NCBI RefSeq assembly: GCF_001194135.2
Contig: NC_068981.1
Span: 145,034,037 to 145,098,036, forward strand
DNA: 64,000 nucleotides
Source of the DNA: Octopus bimaculoides
Lineage: Eukaryota
Direction: 5' to 3'
Shown: positions 42,818 through 55,029 of the stretch, piece by piece
Numbering within the stretch: the stretch's first letter is position 1
Layout of the letters: each line of letters begins with the position of its first letter
Notes under the pieces: model-generated
The model's database searches: none
What the model was told of the DNA's origin: nothing
The model's input: the letters and a program-made list of their open reading frames with translations, nothing else
Made by a program: the position numbers and the translations under genes

Positions 42818-43350
42818 ACACACACACACACACATACACATATATATATATATACACACAAATTCCAGAGAGACTTCTGCTGGTCTGTGTCGTCAAGTCT
42901 TGAAATATCGACATAAAGGCTCAATCATAATGGATGCCGCGACCGGTCGCCTCTCCTTGATGATTTCCAATAGAATGAGACCACGTGATAACGTCCAGCC
43001 GCCTGTATACAGACGATTCTAGTCTGCTAGACTACTATGAACTATGCACCAAGCCACTATATGAGAAGATCTGTCAAGGCTAATAACATAGTATTTTGTG
43101 TTCGAACACGACATCCATGTTAAACTGGATATAAAGCTTACCTTTTGGTATTAATACTTCCGTCGCTAATAATTTATATATATATATATATTTGTTTTGC
43201 AAGATTTTTGATGTGAAATCGTGTGTTGAAACAGATGTTGTTGTACTTGGGGATGGTCATATTTCCAGTTTAGCCAATAAAAACACACGCACTGTATATT
43301 TGGTGTTAATTTGCTTCAGCTTTATATTACATTAATCTTAATCTTATTTC

Positions 43351-43395
43351 GGCCAGAGTTCTTTCGTCACACTTCTGTGACCTCATCAGTGGTCC
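43351..43395 (-). ncRNA. Minimal type I hammerhead ribozyme motif, core intact
   Basis: Reverse complement: GGACCA-CTGATGA-G-GTCAC-agaagt-GTGAC-GAAA-GAAC-TC-TGGCC. Stem II is a perfect 5 bp and stem I is 4 of 5. It lies in a roughly 290-bp unit between (TA)n tracts. Confidence 0.8.
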
Positions 43396-43603
43396 TTTGT
43401 TTCCTTCTTTCTTATGTGTGTCTCACCTTGCTAACTATCAGCCATTTTGTATACAAAATGAGACACACATANNNNNNNNNNNNNNNNNNNNNNNNNNNNN
43501 NNNNNNNNNNNNNNNNNNNNNNNNNNNNNNNNNNNNNNNNNNNNNNNNNNNNNNNNNNNNNNNNNNNNNNNNNNNNNNNNNNNNNNNNNNNNNNNNNNNN
43601 NNN

Positions 43604-43637
<34 letters not shown>

Positions 43638-44120
43638 TCGTACATCTGTATACGCGTTTTAGGGAATAAAACGGAGTGAAAAATATACAGAATAATAATA
43701 ATTGGACTTAATATATAAGGAATATTTCTCAGATTAAACAGGGAACCATCAGAAATTAATTAAAGTGAAATTGCTACTAAGTTAATTAAAATTACCTTGT
43801 AAGATAGAGAGATGGTATCGAATTTCTTATTTGAAATGTCAGGTAATTTATATATAAACACATCCCGAAGGTGTATTAGACAGAAATGATGATTCGCTTG
43901 AATTTTGTAGAATTCACAGAGCGTCAATAATTTGTTTGTAAATGTATAAGAAATAAACAATTTTTAATGAGAATGTTTGTCAGTTTTCTTAAGATACTGA
44001 TTTTTGTTTCTGCTGCTGTTATTCTTGCCCCTGTTAAGAAGTATTACAGCCATGTGTGTGTGTGTGTGTGTGTGTGTGCGTAGGTATACATGCATTATAT
44101 GCATATACTGTATGTGTGTG

Positions 44121-44153
<33 letters not shown>

Positions 44154-46435
44154 TAATGAGGACACTTTCTTAACGATGTGACATTAAACATGCAACTCAG
44201 CTTCATAATTATACCGAGAATTGGCTAAAAGAGAGAGACATAATAGAAAATTTATTTATTTTTTTAACTCGGCTCACCACTGGGGAAACAAAGTATTTGC
44301 AAGAGTATCGATAAATGCTGGCATATCAAAATTATTCTGTTTCAGCAAACACTGCTTAGTAAATCAATATCTTATTACATGTAACACTGGAAGAACTGAG
44401 ACATGCTGAATATCGTTGCTCATTAAATGTGGTGACTTACATTTTCAAATGTCTCACAGAGACATGTTGAAAGATGTACTTTTAACAAGACTCAAGTTCA
44501 TTTTTTATACAATACGACATATGGAGAAAATCTCTGTTCCAGATAGAAGCAGTATTTGAACCGAAAAGGTAATGTTTACCGCCACTTTAACGTGGGTGCT
44601 CTCTAAGAGACGACGTCACTCTTGCATGAGATTTGTAAAAACACTAAAGTTCTGAAGTAATCACAATTAAATACATGCAATTCCTGTATCCAGGAAATGC
44701 ATGAAGAGCCTTTTTGCTATTCCCATCCATTTATCATTGTCAACACGGTTTTTCTTCGAGGTTTATGGCAAAAAACAAATTTCGTGCTATATTGTGAGAA
44801 TAATATGCGGTTGCTTCTCTCTGAAACTGCAATTAGAACTGGATTAGTTTTTAGCAAGAACCAAACCTATGCAGCTCATTAAAAATATAAAATTACGTTA
44901 TATTAAATTTTTTTCTTACGTATACACAGAGCCAGAAATGTTGGAGTAAAGAACAGTCGATTATATCAACTCCAATACTTTAAGGGCTCTTATTTTATCA
45001 ACCCTGGAAGGATGTACGATAAAGTTGGTAACAGATGGATTTGATATCTTTAATTTCAATGAAAAACAAACAGTATATGCTTATTGCCTGTTCTATGGTA
45101 TTTAAACATTTTACATTATATTCTTCACACGCGCTGACGGAGGTGATGAAAGGTAACGCTGGAATAAGCAGTTAGAGACCTCTTGATGTAAAGCTTTAGA
45201 AAATCCATATTAATGTCTGAGTATTGAAGAAATAGTTATACATAATTTTGTGATAAACAATTATGATTACTAAACTAAGATAAGCAATATTTTTTTTTTT
45301 TAATTCTGATTTTAAGCTTAAAATATAGTTTTGTTTAACTTTTCAGAGAAAGTGCATAAGAATATTTTTTTTTATTTCATCTCTAGTGGGTCTCGAAGTT
45401 ATAAAGACTGAAAACTACCGCCCTATCGATTTCTTCCCTAAGTGGATTTCTATACTTTAAAATATCACACTCTTATCTATCTCACTCGTCTTTAGAACAA
45501 CTAATATTTTCTTTCCTCAGAATACAATTAAAAAAATAAGTAAAAAGCAGATGCATTAAGGAGGTGGGATGTAAATAACAAGTGTACTGTTAACGGTATT
45601 ATGGAAAATGTATTCTGTGTACATAGATATAACTCTCGTAGTAATAGAATGTAGGTATGAAGTAATACACAGACATTGCAGCATATAAACATTTCAGATT
45701 CATGTAGGTTATAATGTTTGTGTAGATATAGATTGACAAAATGTCTACATTATTGATCACCATCACAGAAATTCAGTTTTAGATTTTTAGAGATTGGGAA
45801 CTCGGACTAAGTGACGCTCTTGTTTCTTTTAAGTTCAGCACTAATTTAAAAAGAGACAAGAGTTAGCATGGAAAAATCGCAGCATGTCGTGATATCAGTT
45901 TGCTGAAAATATACGACTACTCTTCGACACTAGTCACTATAATGATTTATTTCTCGTATATACGGGGAATTAAATGATGAAGTAATATTTAAAGTGAATT
46001 GACGTTTTAAGTAAATTAATTTGCCAGAAGTAAGTTCATAGTTCTAAATTGTTAAATTTTGTGTTACATTAATTGCACACTTATCGTCTGGTTTTAAGAT
46101 TATATATATTTCAGTCACGTACTGTTTTGAATGTTTAGGTCAGAGGAAAAACGGTCATCAGGCATTACGGTTTTCATGACGTTTAGGAGTAGATAGTTAT
46201 CGTCAGCTAGAATATCTGGCCCCAGATGCGTGAAGCAGAATGAACTTGGTGATGTTAAACCGAGTGATGGATTAAGTCTAACACCTAAAGGACACGATAT
46301 AGATGTCAATTTTATCAACCAAAGTGAAAAATACAAATGAAATAAAATTAAATGGACTCAACTGGAAGTCGAAACTGCACTGCATATAGCGTTTTGCTTT
46401 TTGTTTCCTTTTCTAGCTGTATCACTACTCTATAG

Positions 46436-46817
46436 TGGAGGTGCAATGGCCCAGTGGTTAGGGCGGCGGACTCGCGGTCATAGGATCGCGGTTTCGATTC
46501 CCAGTCCGGGCGTTGTGAGTGTTTATTGAACGAAAACACCTAAATGCTCCACGAGGCTCCGGCAGGGGATGGTGGCGAACCCTGCTGCACACTTTCACCA
46601 CAACTTTCTCTCACTCATACTTCCTGTTTCTGTTGTGCCTGTAATTCAGAGGATCAGCCTTGTCACACTCTGTCACGCTGAATATCTCCGAGAACTATGT
46701 TAAGGGTACACGTGTTTGTAGAGTGCTCAGCCACTTGCACGTTAAATTCACGAGCAGGCTGTTCTGTTGATCGGATCAACTGGAACCCTCGACGTCGTAA
46801 GCGACGGAGTGCCAATA
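46436..46817 (+). mobile_element. tRNA-derived SINE, window family C, full length with TSD
   Basis: A-box TGGCCCAGTGG and B-box GTTTCGATTCC. A 12-bp TSD, actactctatag, lies at 46424-46435 and 46818-46829. Confidence 0.95.
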
Positions 46818-47246
46818 ACTACTCTATAGCGTATAAACATAGGAATGTAATAAAATTTTGTTAATAACAGCATATATAATGCGGTGAACTGGCAAAAGTG
46901 TTTTTGCATGTCGGATAAAATACTTAGCGGCGTTTATTTCGGCTCTTTACAGAAGTTCAACCTTGCCTTTCATCCTGCATGAGGCTGTGTCTGTCAAGTT
47001 CTCATTTGAAATTGCTGGCCGTATACCAAAATTAAAACAGTTATTAACAGTGCAAATGCAAAGTAATTTTATTTATATACTGAAACTTGATTCCTATCTC
47101 TGCCCTCAGAAATTTTATTCCATAACCTCACACTTTTCAAAAGGTACGGTTTGCATCAGTTGCTGGCACAAAATAACTCCGTTGTTGAATGAACTAATGC
47201 TTACATGTTTTGGAGAAGTATTTCTCGATTATAGCTTGAATAAAAG

Positions 47247-47535
47247 AGGCGTGACTACGTGATAAGAAGCTTTCTTCCCAGTCACATGGCTCTGCGTTCA
47301 ATCCTACTACGTGGCACCTTGGGTAAGTGTCTTTACTATAACCTCGGACCGACTATAGCCTTGTGAGTGGATTTGGTAGACGGAAAATGAAGGAAGCTTG
47401 AGAACCGGTGTTAGTGCGTTTATGTCCTCGTAACTTAGCGATTCGGCAAAAGAGAACGGCAGAATATGTACTAGGGAAGAGTTATTTAACTAAAACATGT
47501 CAAAGTGGTGCCTCGGTCAAATGACTGAATCGTGA
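47247..47535 (+). mobile_element. SINE family B, internally deleted copy
   Basis: gataagaagctttcttccc...gtggcaccttgggtaagtgtc...gtggatttggtagacggaaa...caaatgactgaa. Confidence 0.8.
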
Positions 47536-47746
47536 TAAAGGATTAAGACAATGTTAATGTTATAAAGTTCTATAAAGTTGTTACTGGTGATGAAATATGA
47601 GTAGATTCTCTTTGACATTACAGAGAAAGGAAAAAATCTAATTAATAATTTCGAGCTGTCTCTTGAAATGGTTTACGGGGAGTGATTCTGTATATAGCTA
47701 AGTCATTCTCTTTGCAATCATGTTTCTGGGTTCGATCCGCAGCACG

Positions 47747-48442
47747 TTGGGTAAACTTCTTCTATCATAGATTGTGATTGGTTTGGCTCTTTCAAATGAA
47801 ATCTAGAAAAAGAAACTATAGGGAAGCCCGACGAAGGTATTGTTTCTATGGTAATTTTAATCCACCTCAAGGCGGCGAGCTAGCAGAAACGTTAACACGC
47901 CGGGCGACATGCTTAGCAGTATTTCGTCTGTCTTTACGTTCTGAGTTCAAATTCCGCCGAGGTCGACTTTGCCTTTCATCTTTTTGGGGTCGATAAATTA
48001 AGTACCAGTTGCGTACTGGGGTCGATCTAATTGACTGGCCCCCTCCCACAAAATTTCGGGCCGTGTGCCTAAAATAGAAAAGAATATTAATTCATCTCTC
48101 AGTTTAAAAGAAATACCTAATTTTTTGGTGCATTTGGTTAGCAAGTTCTCTCTGTAGCAAGTATTTAGATTGGGTTCTTTATCTAAGAATAAGCTACTTC
48201 CGTGCTTCCTTCTTTCCTCAACTGGTTTCAAGACGACATACAAAAAAAAATTGTCTAAGGAGCTGCTCTTCTTCCTATGCCTGTGTCATAGGCCCCTTTA
48301 AGGCCGAGTATAAACAGCAATAGATGGATTAATATTACCATAGAAACAATACATTCGTCGGGCTTCCCTATAGTTTCTTCTACCAGATTTCACTTGAAAG
48401 AGCCACACCAATCACAATCTCTGATAGAAGAGTTTTACCCAA
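47747..48442. repeat. About 120-bp inverted repeat pair enclosing a younger SINE
   Basis: 47747-47866 is the reverse complement of 48323-48442 (ttgggtaaa...gaaactatagggaagcccgacgaa...ttaatcca). Confidence 0.85.
47869..48085 (+). mobile_element. SINE family A, tail type 2
   Basis: aaggcggcgagctagcagaaacg...gactggccccctccc...agaaaagaat. Decayed TSD ttaatccacctc / ttaattcatctc. Confidence 0.9.
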
Positions 48443-50865
48443 TAACAAAAATACAAGATGACAATCAATTGAATAGCTTATAACGCAAATGTGGCTTATA
48501 TACCCCCACTCGTCTTCTTCAAAATTTAGCATCGTGTCAATAAGCCACACCCGTCCCCTGCGGAAGAAAGCATGTTGTGTCCATAAGCCACACCCGACCA
48601 TAAAAGTTAATAGAAAAATATTTGCGGTTTCAGGTTGCAAATTGAAATCATTGTCCTTAACTGAATGCGATCCATATTTCCAAAGTTCTGAAACCCTCTA
48701 GCGAAATTAATGTAACGATTACAATGATGTTGCTCTTGCTTAAGTCTAATAAATCCTAGCTGATCAAACCGTTGTACTTTTAGAAGTGTACGACCCTGAA
48801 CATATTAACTAATGTGTACTTTCTGCTTCTTAAAGCAATATGTGAGAGATTTGGCTGACATTTCTAACAAATTCAGCGACTACACTGAGGCGCCATTGTT
48901 GGCTGGTTTACAAGGATGATTTATTTTATAATGTATCTATATTGAAAAAGTAAATAATATAACACAAAACAAAATATATTTCTAGCTTTTATATTTGTTT
49001 CGGATAAGATCAACAAATTTCGGTTAAATTCAAAGTAAAATAAACAATTGTATCTATCAGGTGATTTATTTTTATTTCCACATTCTTTCTTATTTTGCTA
49101 TTTCATTCTGAATTCTCTGCAACGAGATTCGGATATATCTTCAACACTGTTATTTCCTCCCCCCCCCCACACACACACACACCTTCTAAACAACTTTGTA
49201 TTCACCCTACTTTTCCATCTGCTTTACGTTGATAGTTTATACAAATTATATACTTACTTTAAACAATTAACAACGAAAGCATGAAATCAAACCTAAGTGA
49301 CAGAAAAATTCTGATATACAAACAGAAATGTAGAAACCTGGTTGAGGAAATAGAAACCTTTATTAACTGAGATATTTTTAGGTCAATCTTTAGACGTTTG
49401 TATCCGAGCTGCCAGTAACTAAACATAGACAGAGACAACATGGTGGGAGTATTCTGTAAATGAACTCTTAGTTTTGTTGTTTGTCACCCAATACTAAAGA
49501 CGCCAATCTCGTTTAACCAACTGCTACTACAAAAGTAAAAGTAATGGGTTCGATTCCGTTTTATTAACTTCCATTTTCTTTTAATTTTATTCTCCGAGTT
49601 TCGGAAACTACATTAAAATAAAACATTTTAGTATCTACTCTGTTGTTCGTACTTGGCATGTCAGTTATAAATTATATAATTTTGCTCACAAGGTCATCTA
49701 TTAAGGGATCAATATTACCCAGTCACGAACAACAGAAATATTTCTATCAACAAGAAGACATATAATTCCCAATACAAAGATACGCATCAACTGCTTCGAT
49801 AGAAAATGTATTCCATTAAATGATAAAGGGCAAAAGTGTTGAAAGAGACCACATTAAAACCAGTACTTCGTGAAATATTTGTTCATTAATTCCATATAGT
49901 AAACTTAGCATTGTAACATGTAGATCTCATTGGCAAACTAACAAATTCAACATTATGTTTAATTGCTTAAATTATATAGTATGATTATGCGTTAGCGTGC
50001 ATTACCTAAATTCTAAAAGTATCATGGGAATACAGTGTATAGTCTTCACACAATGGCTTGTGTGAAGACGTGAAGCGCCATCTTAAATATTACTTTAGAA
50101 TATTATAAACGTTCCTACTCAGACAGAACAATAAAAGGTAAGAATGCGAGAGAAGTGACAGTTTATTTCATCAGTTATACTACAGTTACAATAATTCACT
50201 GAAGACAGATGTACAGTGCAGCCAGTAATCTAGTATGACAAAAAAACGTTTTGTAATTCGGGTTACTTTTTCTCCGATCAAGGAATCAGCTATCACCGAG
50301 TAAACACATTTAGTTCATTTATTTATATAAACATAGACACCATCGTCGAGTATTAGGTAGAGCACGAACTATTCCTATTTAAAATACTTCGGTAGTAATT
50401 ATAGACAAAGAATTGTGTGGTTGAGCACTACAATAATGGGATGCAGCGCTAACTCTTAGTGGTTTATGATGCTAAGAGAATTCATTCGGTTTGACGTATA
50501 GTCAAAAATAAGGAAGATTTTATTCCTAATATTCTTATTTGAGATTTCAACATGTCTGTAAGCAACTCTCTTTAGCTTGATAGACTAAAATATTCAATAG
50601 AATTAACTTCAGAATCTATGGATGATGTTTCAGTTATGTGCTGCCATTTGAAAAAGCTGCAAATATCTTGTACTAAAGAAAAGAATTATATATTTGGAGG
50701 ACTAGATGAGTTCATTTTTTAAGGGAAATATACAGTTTCTTACTTTTAAACCTAACTTCTAAAATGTTCCAAACCTAGTACAGATTTTGACAATGTGTAA
50801 GGGACAGATGCATGGCTATTGACTTGACAACATAAACTTAGATGTTAGAATATAAGAATTAATAA

Positions 50866-51048
50866 ATACAGCTCTATATATAAAAGATGAGGAATTGTGT
50901 ACATTATTTACATTTGACGGATATTTGTCCTCATCTTTGTTGTTAACACAACGCTTTGGCTGATACACCCTCCAGCCTTCATCAGGTGTCTTAGGGAGAT
51001 TTCCAACCTGGGTTCTCATTCCTAAGATATTTTTCGATGTTGTTGTTG

Positions 51049-51120
<72 letters not shown>

Positions 51121-51124
51121 TCAC
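50866..51124 (-). mobile_element. Head-less inverted copy of the hammerhead-bearing SINE
   Basis: Reverse complement of 51189-51360 with an expanded (ATT)n. Its HHR at 50946-50989 has perfect stem II (GGCTG/CAGCC), but GAAA is changed to AAAG. Confidence 0.85.
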
Positions 51125-51363
51125 GGGCATATGGCGTAGTGGTTAAGAGCGCGGGCTACTAAACCCAAGGTTCCGAGTTCGATTCCAAGCAGTGACTTGA
51201 ATAATAATAATAATAACATCGAAAATACCTTAGGAATGAGAACCCAGGTTTGAAATTTCCCCAAAACACCTGATGAAGGCGGGAGGGTATATTAGCCGAA
51301 ACGTTGTGTTAACAACAAACAAGATGAGGACAAATATCCGTCAAATGTAAATAATGTAAATAA
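51125..51363 (+). mobile_element. tRNA-headed SINE carrying a hammerhead ribozyme motif
   Basis: A-box TGGCGTAGTGG (51132-51142), B-box GAGTTCGATTCC (51175-51186), (AAT)n spacer, HHR at 51266-51309 and an AT-rich tail. Confidence 0.85.
51266..51309 (+). ncRNA. Minimal type I hammerhead ribozyme motif
   Basis: ACAC-CTGATGA-A-GGCGG-gagggtatat-TAGCC-GAAA-CG-TT-GTGT. Stem I is 4 bp and stem III is the palindrome ACGT. Predicted cleavage is 3' of 51305. Confidence 0.75.
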
Positions 51364-52661
51364 GAATTAGTTAATATAAAATTCTGTATTGATAAAATTT
51401 GCTCTGATATTTATTTTAAAATTAAATTTCTCTGGGATCAGCTGTAAAGGAAAAATCTTCATTTTTTTCAATAAATTTACGACGTTGATTTATTGCATGA
51501 AAATATCCTTCGATTATTTATATTTCTTAGTTTAAATTGTGTTTATATTCTTGAAAAAAAATCAGAAAATAAATTTTACTAGAAAGTATTTTGATTACTT
51601 TCACACGAAAGACATGCCAAAAGAAATGCATAAAATTTAAGCATGTCTTGCAACCAACTCATCATCGAGACAAGAAGTTTTAAGAAAAATACTATCATTT
51701 AGATTGATATAATTATGGGAGTTCGTCCTCGGTGGTAATGAGTTTATTATATGTAAATATTACAGTTAGACGTAGCTGGAATGAACCTTAGGTGCTGTGA
51801 AAGTATTAGAGCCTTTATTCATAATCTCACTGTACACTTGAACAAACTTAAAGTGTTCCTGACAATGAAATTATTGATGAGAAATGTCTAAGACATGATT
51901 AAATATATGTGATGTGCAACAGAGCGTATAGCTCCCGGTAATTGGTAAGAGTGGAGTTCATTTAGACCTGATATCTGTAAAAAGATGAAATATTCAATCA
52001 ATATGATTCATGAAATTTTCAATAAAAGTAATTAGCCTCGTATGATAACATTTACTCAATTATTCATTTCATAAATAGTTGCTGGCATCAACAAAAGCGA
52101 ACTCTTAGATCAATGTGCCATTTCAGAGAAGCTACTGTGAAAAGTATACTTTGACCACAACTACAGCTGCCACATATATTTAATAAGGGTAGCTACCGAC
52201 GTAAAGCTGGTACTGCATTGCAGACAAAATAATGTGCGTTATTTAGTCCGCCCAACTATACCTCTGTTCAAACTCTACTGGGATCAACTTTAGCGTTCTT
52301 ACTTCTGTTGATCGATTTAATCGATTATTCCCTTTCGCAACAAGTGTGTCCTGCATTTATGTTAGTAATCATTGTTATCGTAGAAATATTAACATCTTTC
52401 TGACTGATGTAGTTTCCATCTTGATGAACAGCAGTTTATCTTGGTTTGTAAAAGACCTTTAGAACATGCAGGAACTCATCAACAGCTCAGTATCCTTTTA
52501 TAAATACATTCATTATTTGTTTCTGTAAGAAAATATACAATCCGTCGTGATCAGAACCAACAGTACACTTACTTTAGATTCCAAATAAAAGCTATTTCAA
52601 TCAGGTTACATTCAAAACTACTTTAGGGAAAGACAAAATCATCACATATTCCCAAATCGGC

Positions 52662-52731
<70 letters not shown>

Positions 52732-53624
52732 NNNNNNNNNNNNNNNNNNNNNNNNNNNNNNNNNNNNNNNNNNNNNNNNNNNNNNNNNNNNNNNNNNNNN
52801 NNNNNNNNNNNNNNNNNNNNNNNNNNNNNNNNNNNNNNNNNNNNNNNNNNNNNNNNNNNNNNNNNNNNNNNNNNNNNNNNNNNNNNNNNNNNNNNNNNNN
52901 NNNNNNNNNNNNNNNNNNNNNNNNNNNNNNNNNNNNNNNNNNNNNNNNNNNNNNNNNNNNNNNNNNNNNNNNNNNNNNNNNNNNNNNNNNNNNNNNNNNN
53001 NNNNNNNNNNNNNNNNNNNNNNNNNNNNNNNNNNNNNNNNNNNNNNNNNNNNNNNNNNNNNTATATATATATATATATATATATTTACTTGTTTCAGTCA
53101 TTCGACTGCGGTCATGCTGGAGCAATGTATATATAAATGTTATAGCGTGCTTTCCAAAGCTCCTCTCCTGTCAAATATAATTTTTTGACTGTTCAGAAGC
53201 TACCTATGGATTCTTCAATTCTGTGAGAAATGAGGATAAACTTTTAATAGCATTAATCGAAAGGTTCAACATTTTTTTCTTTTGTATTGCGATATCAATC
53301 TATTATCTGATAGCTTCACTATGATCCAAATTAAAGTAACCGTCGAATTTATACAAATGAATTTTAATACGAGTAGATGGAATGAACAGACTGTATTATA
53401 AATCATCTGAATTGTTTCAACGCAACAGTATCGACTAGTAACTGCTGAATGTTCCACATACAGTTGTAGTCAACATAAATAAAGCTAATGTTCGACCATA
53501 TTGATGCAATAATGCATTTAATATATGGAACATTCAGCAATTACCAGATGATACTCATGAGTCGAAATAATGATCATGATTTGTATTAAAGCAAGTTTAT
53601 TACATCTTCTCAAATAAAATTCTT

Positions 53625-53660
<36 letters not shown>

Positions 53661-53829
53661 NNNNNNNNNNNNNNNNNNNNNNNNNNNNNNNNNNNNNNNN
53701 NNNNNNNNNNNNNNNNNNNNNNNNNNNNNNNNNNNNNNNNNNNNNNNNGTATGTATGTATGTATGTATGTATATATATCATATATATATATATATATATA
53801 TATATGATTCGCCGTGATAGTTCGCTAGC

Positions 53830-54012
53830 CACTAAACCTTTTTCTATTTTCTCTCCCTTTTTATTTCTGTGTTCCTTTCAGTCGAAGAGCGTAGGCTCGA
53901 AACGTAAAGACTTTTTCACTTCCCGAGCATTAAACTAATACATCTGTTTGTTGTTTACACACCCGTCTTCGTCTTTTGTTTTGTTTTGTTTTGTTTTTTT
54001 GTAAATTCTCAC
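53830..54012 (+). mobile_element. Short element with a degenerate hammerhead-like motif (53875-53910)
   Basis: cttt-CAGTCGA-A-GAGC-gtag-GCTC-GAAA-CG-TA-aaga. Stem II and the GAAACGTA half are intact; the 5' core has two substitutions from CTGANGA. Confidence 0.55.
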
Positions 54013-54174
54013 TGAACAGGTAGGAGAGGAGCTTTGGAAAGCACGCTATAAAATTTATATATGCATTGCTCCAGCATGGCCGCAGTTGAATGTAGAGATT
54101 TATTGAGTTTATAACATGGATAATAAAGACCAGAATTAAAATTAAGAATCACATCGAGAAATTTTACATGTTTA

Positions 54175-54214
<40 letters not shown>

Positions 54215-55029
54215 ATGCGGGGAGAGGTGTATTTATGTATAAACTTTCAACTCCCTTTGTCTCCTTCATATCTGTTGCTGTATATCAGGATATTTAAATA
54301 ACTAACCTACTGTAAATGGCGTGTCAAGATAATTCTGCATATTAAGAAATGAGTATCTTTTAGCATTTTAATTATATAATAATATCTAATACTTAACGAC
54401 AATTATAACTAGCCTCCTATTCTAGTTTTCAGATTATTTGAACGAACAATATTTTATCTCTCAGACACATAATCTGAATGCGAAATCAAAAAGTTTTAAC
54501 AATATGGTATTTTAGCGTATTTCTAATTAAAGATCGCCCATCCTATTGATTTAGCATTAGATACCATTGATTTGGCGTCAATACAAATATGTGTCCTTGA
54601 TTCATTACATTGTTTACAATTCATTTCATGTGTGATTTAATGGGATAATTTAAGCGTAATTACCATAGTTCTGTTGACATTACTTCTTATAAATAGGTTA
54701 TAATGATTTAGATGTAATATGATTATTACTAAGACTTTCGTGAGCGGTATCACTGAAAGTCTTGTTCTCTTACATCATTGTAGGATTAGAATGCTAAACT
54801 GTTGTAAAGGCATAGTGTGCATTAAAATAGACACACACTATTGTGTCATGCACTTCTTTTGTATTACTTTATGATAAAGAATATATTTTAACTATTCGTG
54901 TGAAAATTCTACAATTATTTTGAAAACTATAAGATTGTTGAATGTATTGAAAACCATGAAATGTGTAATTTTCTTTGCGATAGTATTTTTGTTGCGTTTT
55001 TTTAGCCTTAATGATAAGTACTAATGTTG

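Noticed and set aside
51125-51190. Possible tRNA genes (also 46436-46510)
   Set aside because: A and B boxes are present, but there is no closing acceptor stem and the sequence continues into dispersed SINE bodies. These are tRNA-derived SINE heads.
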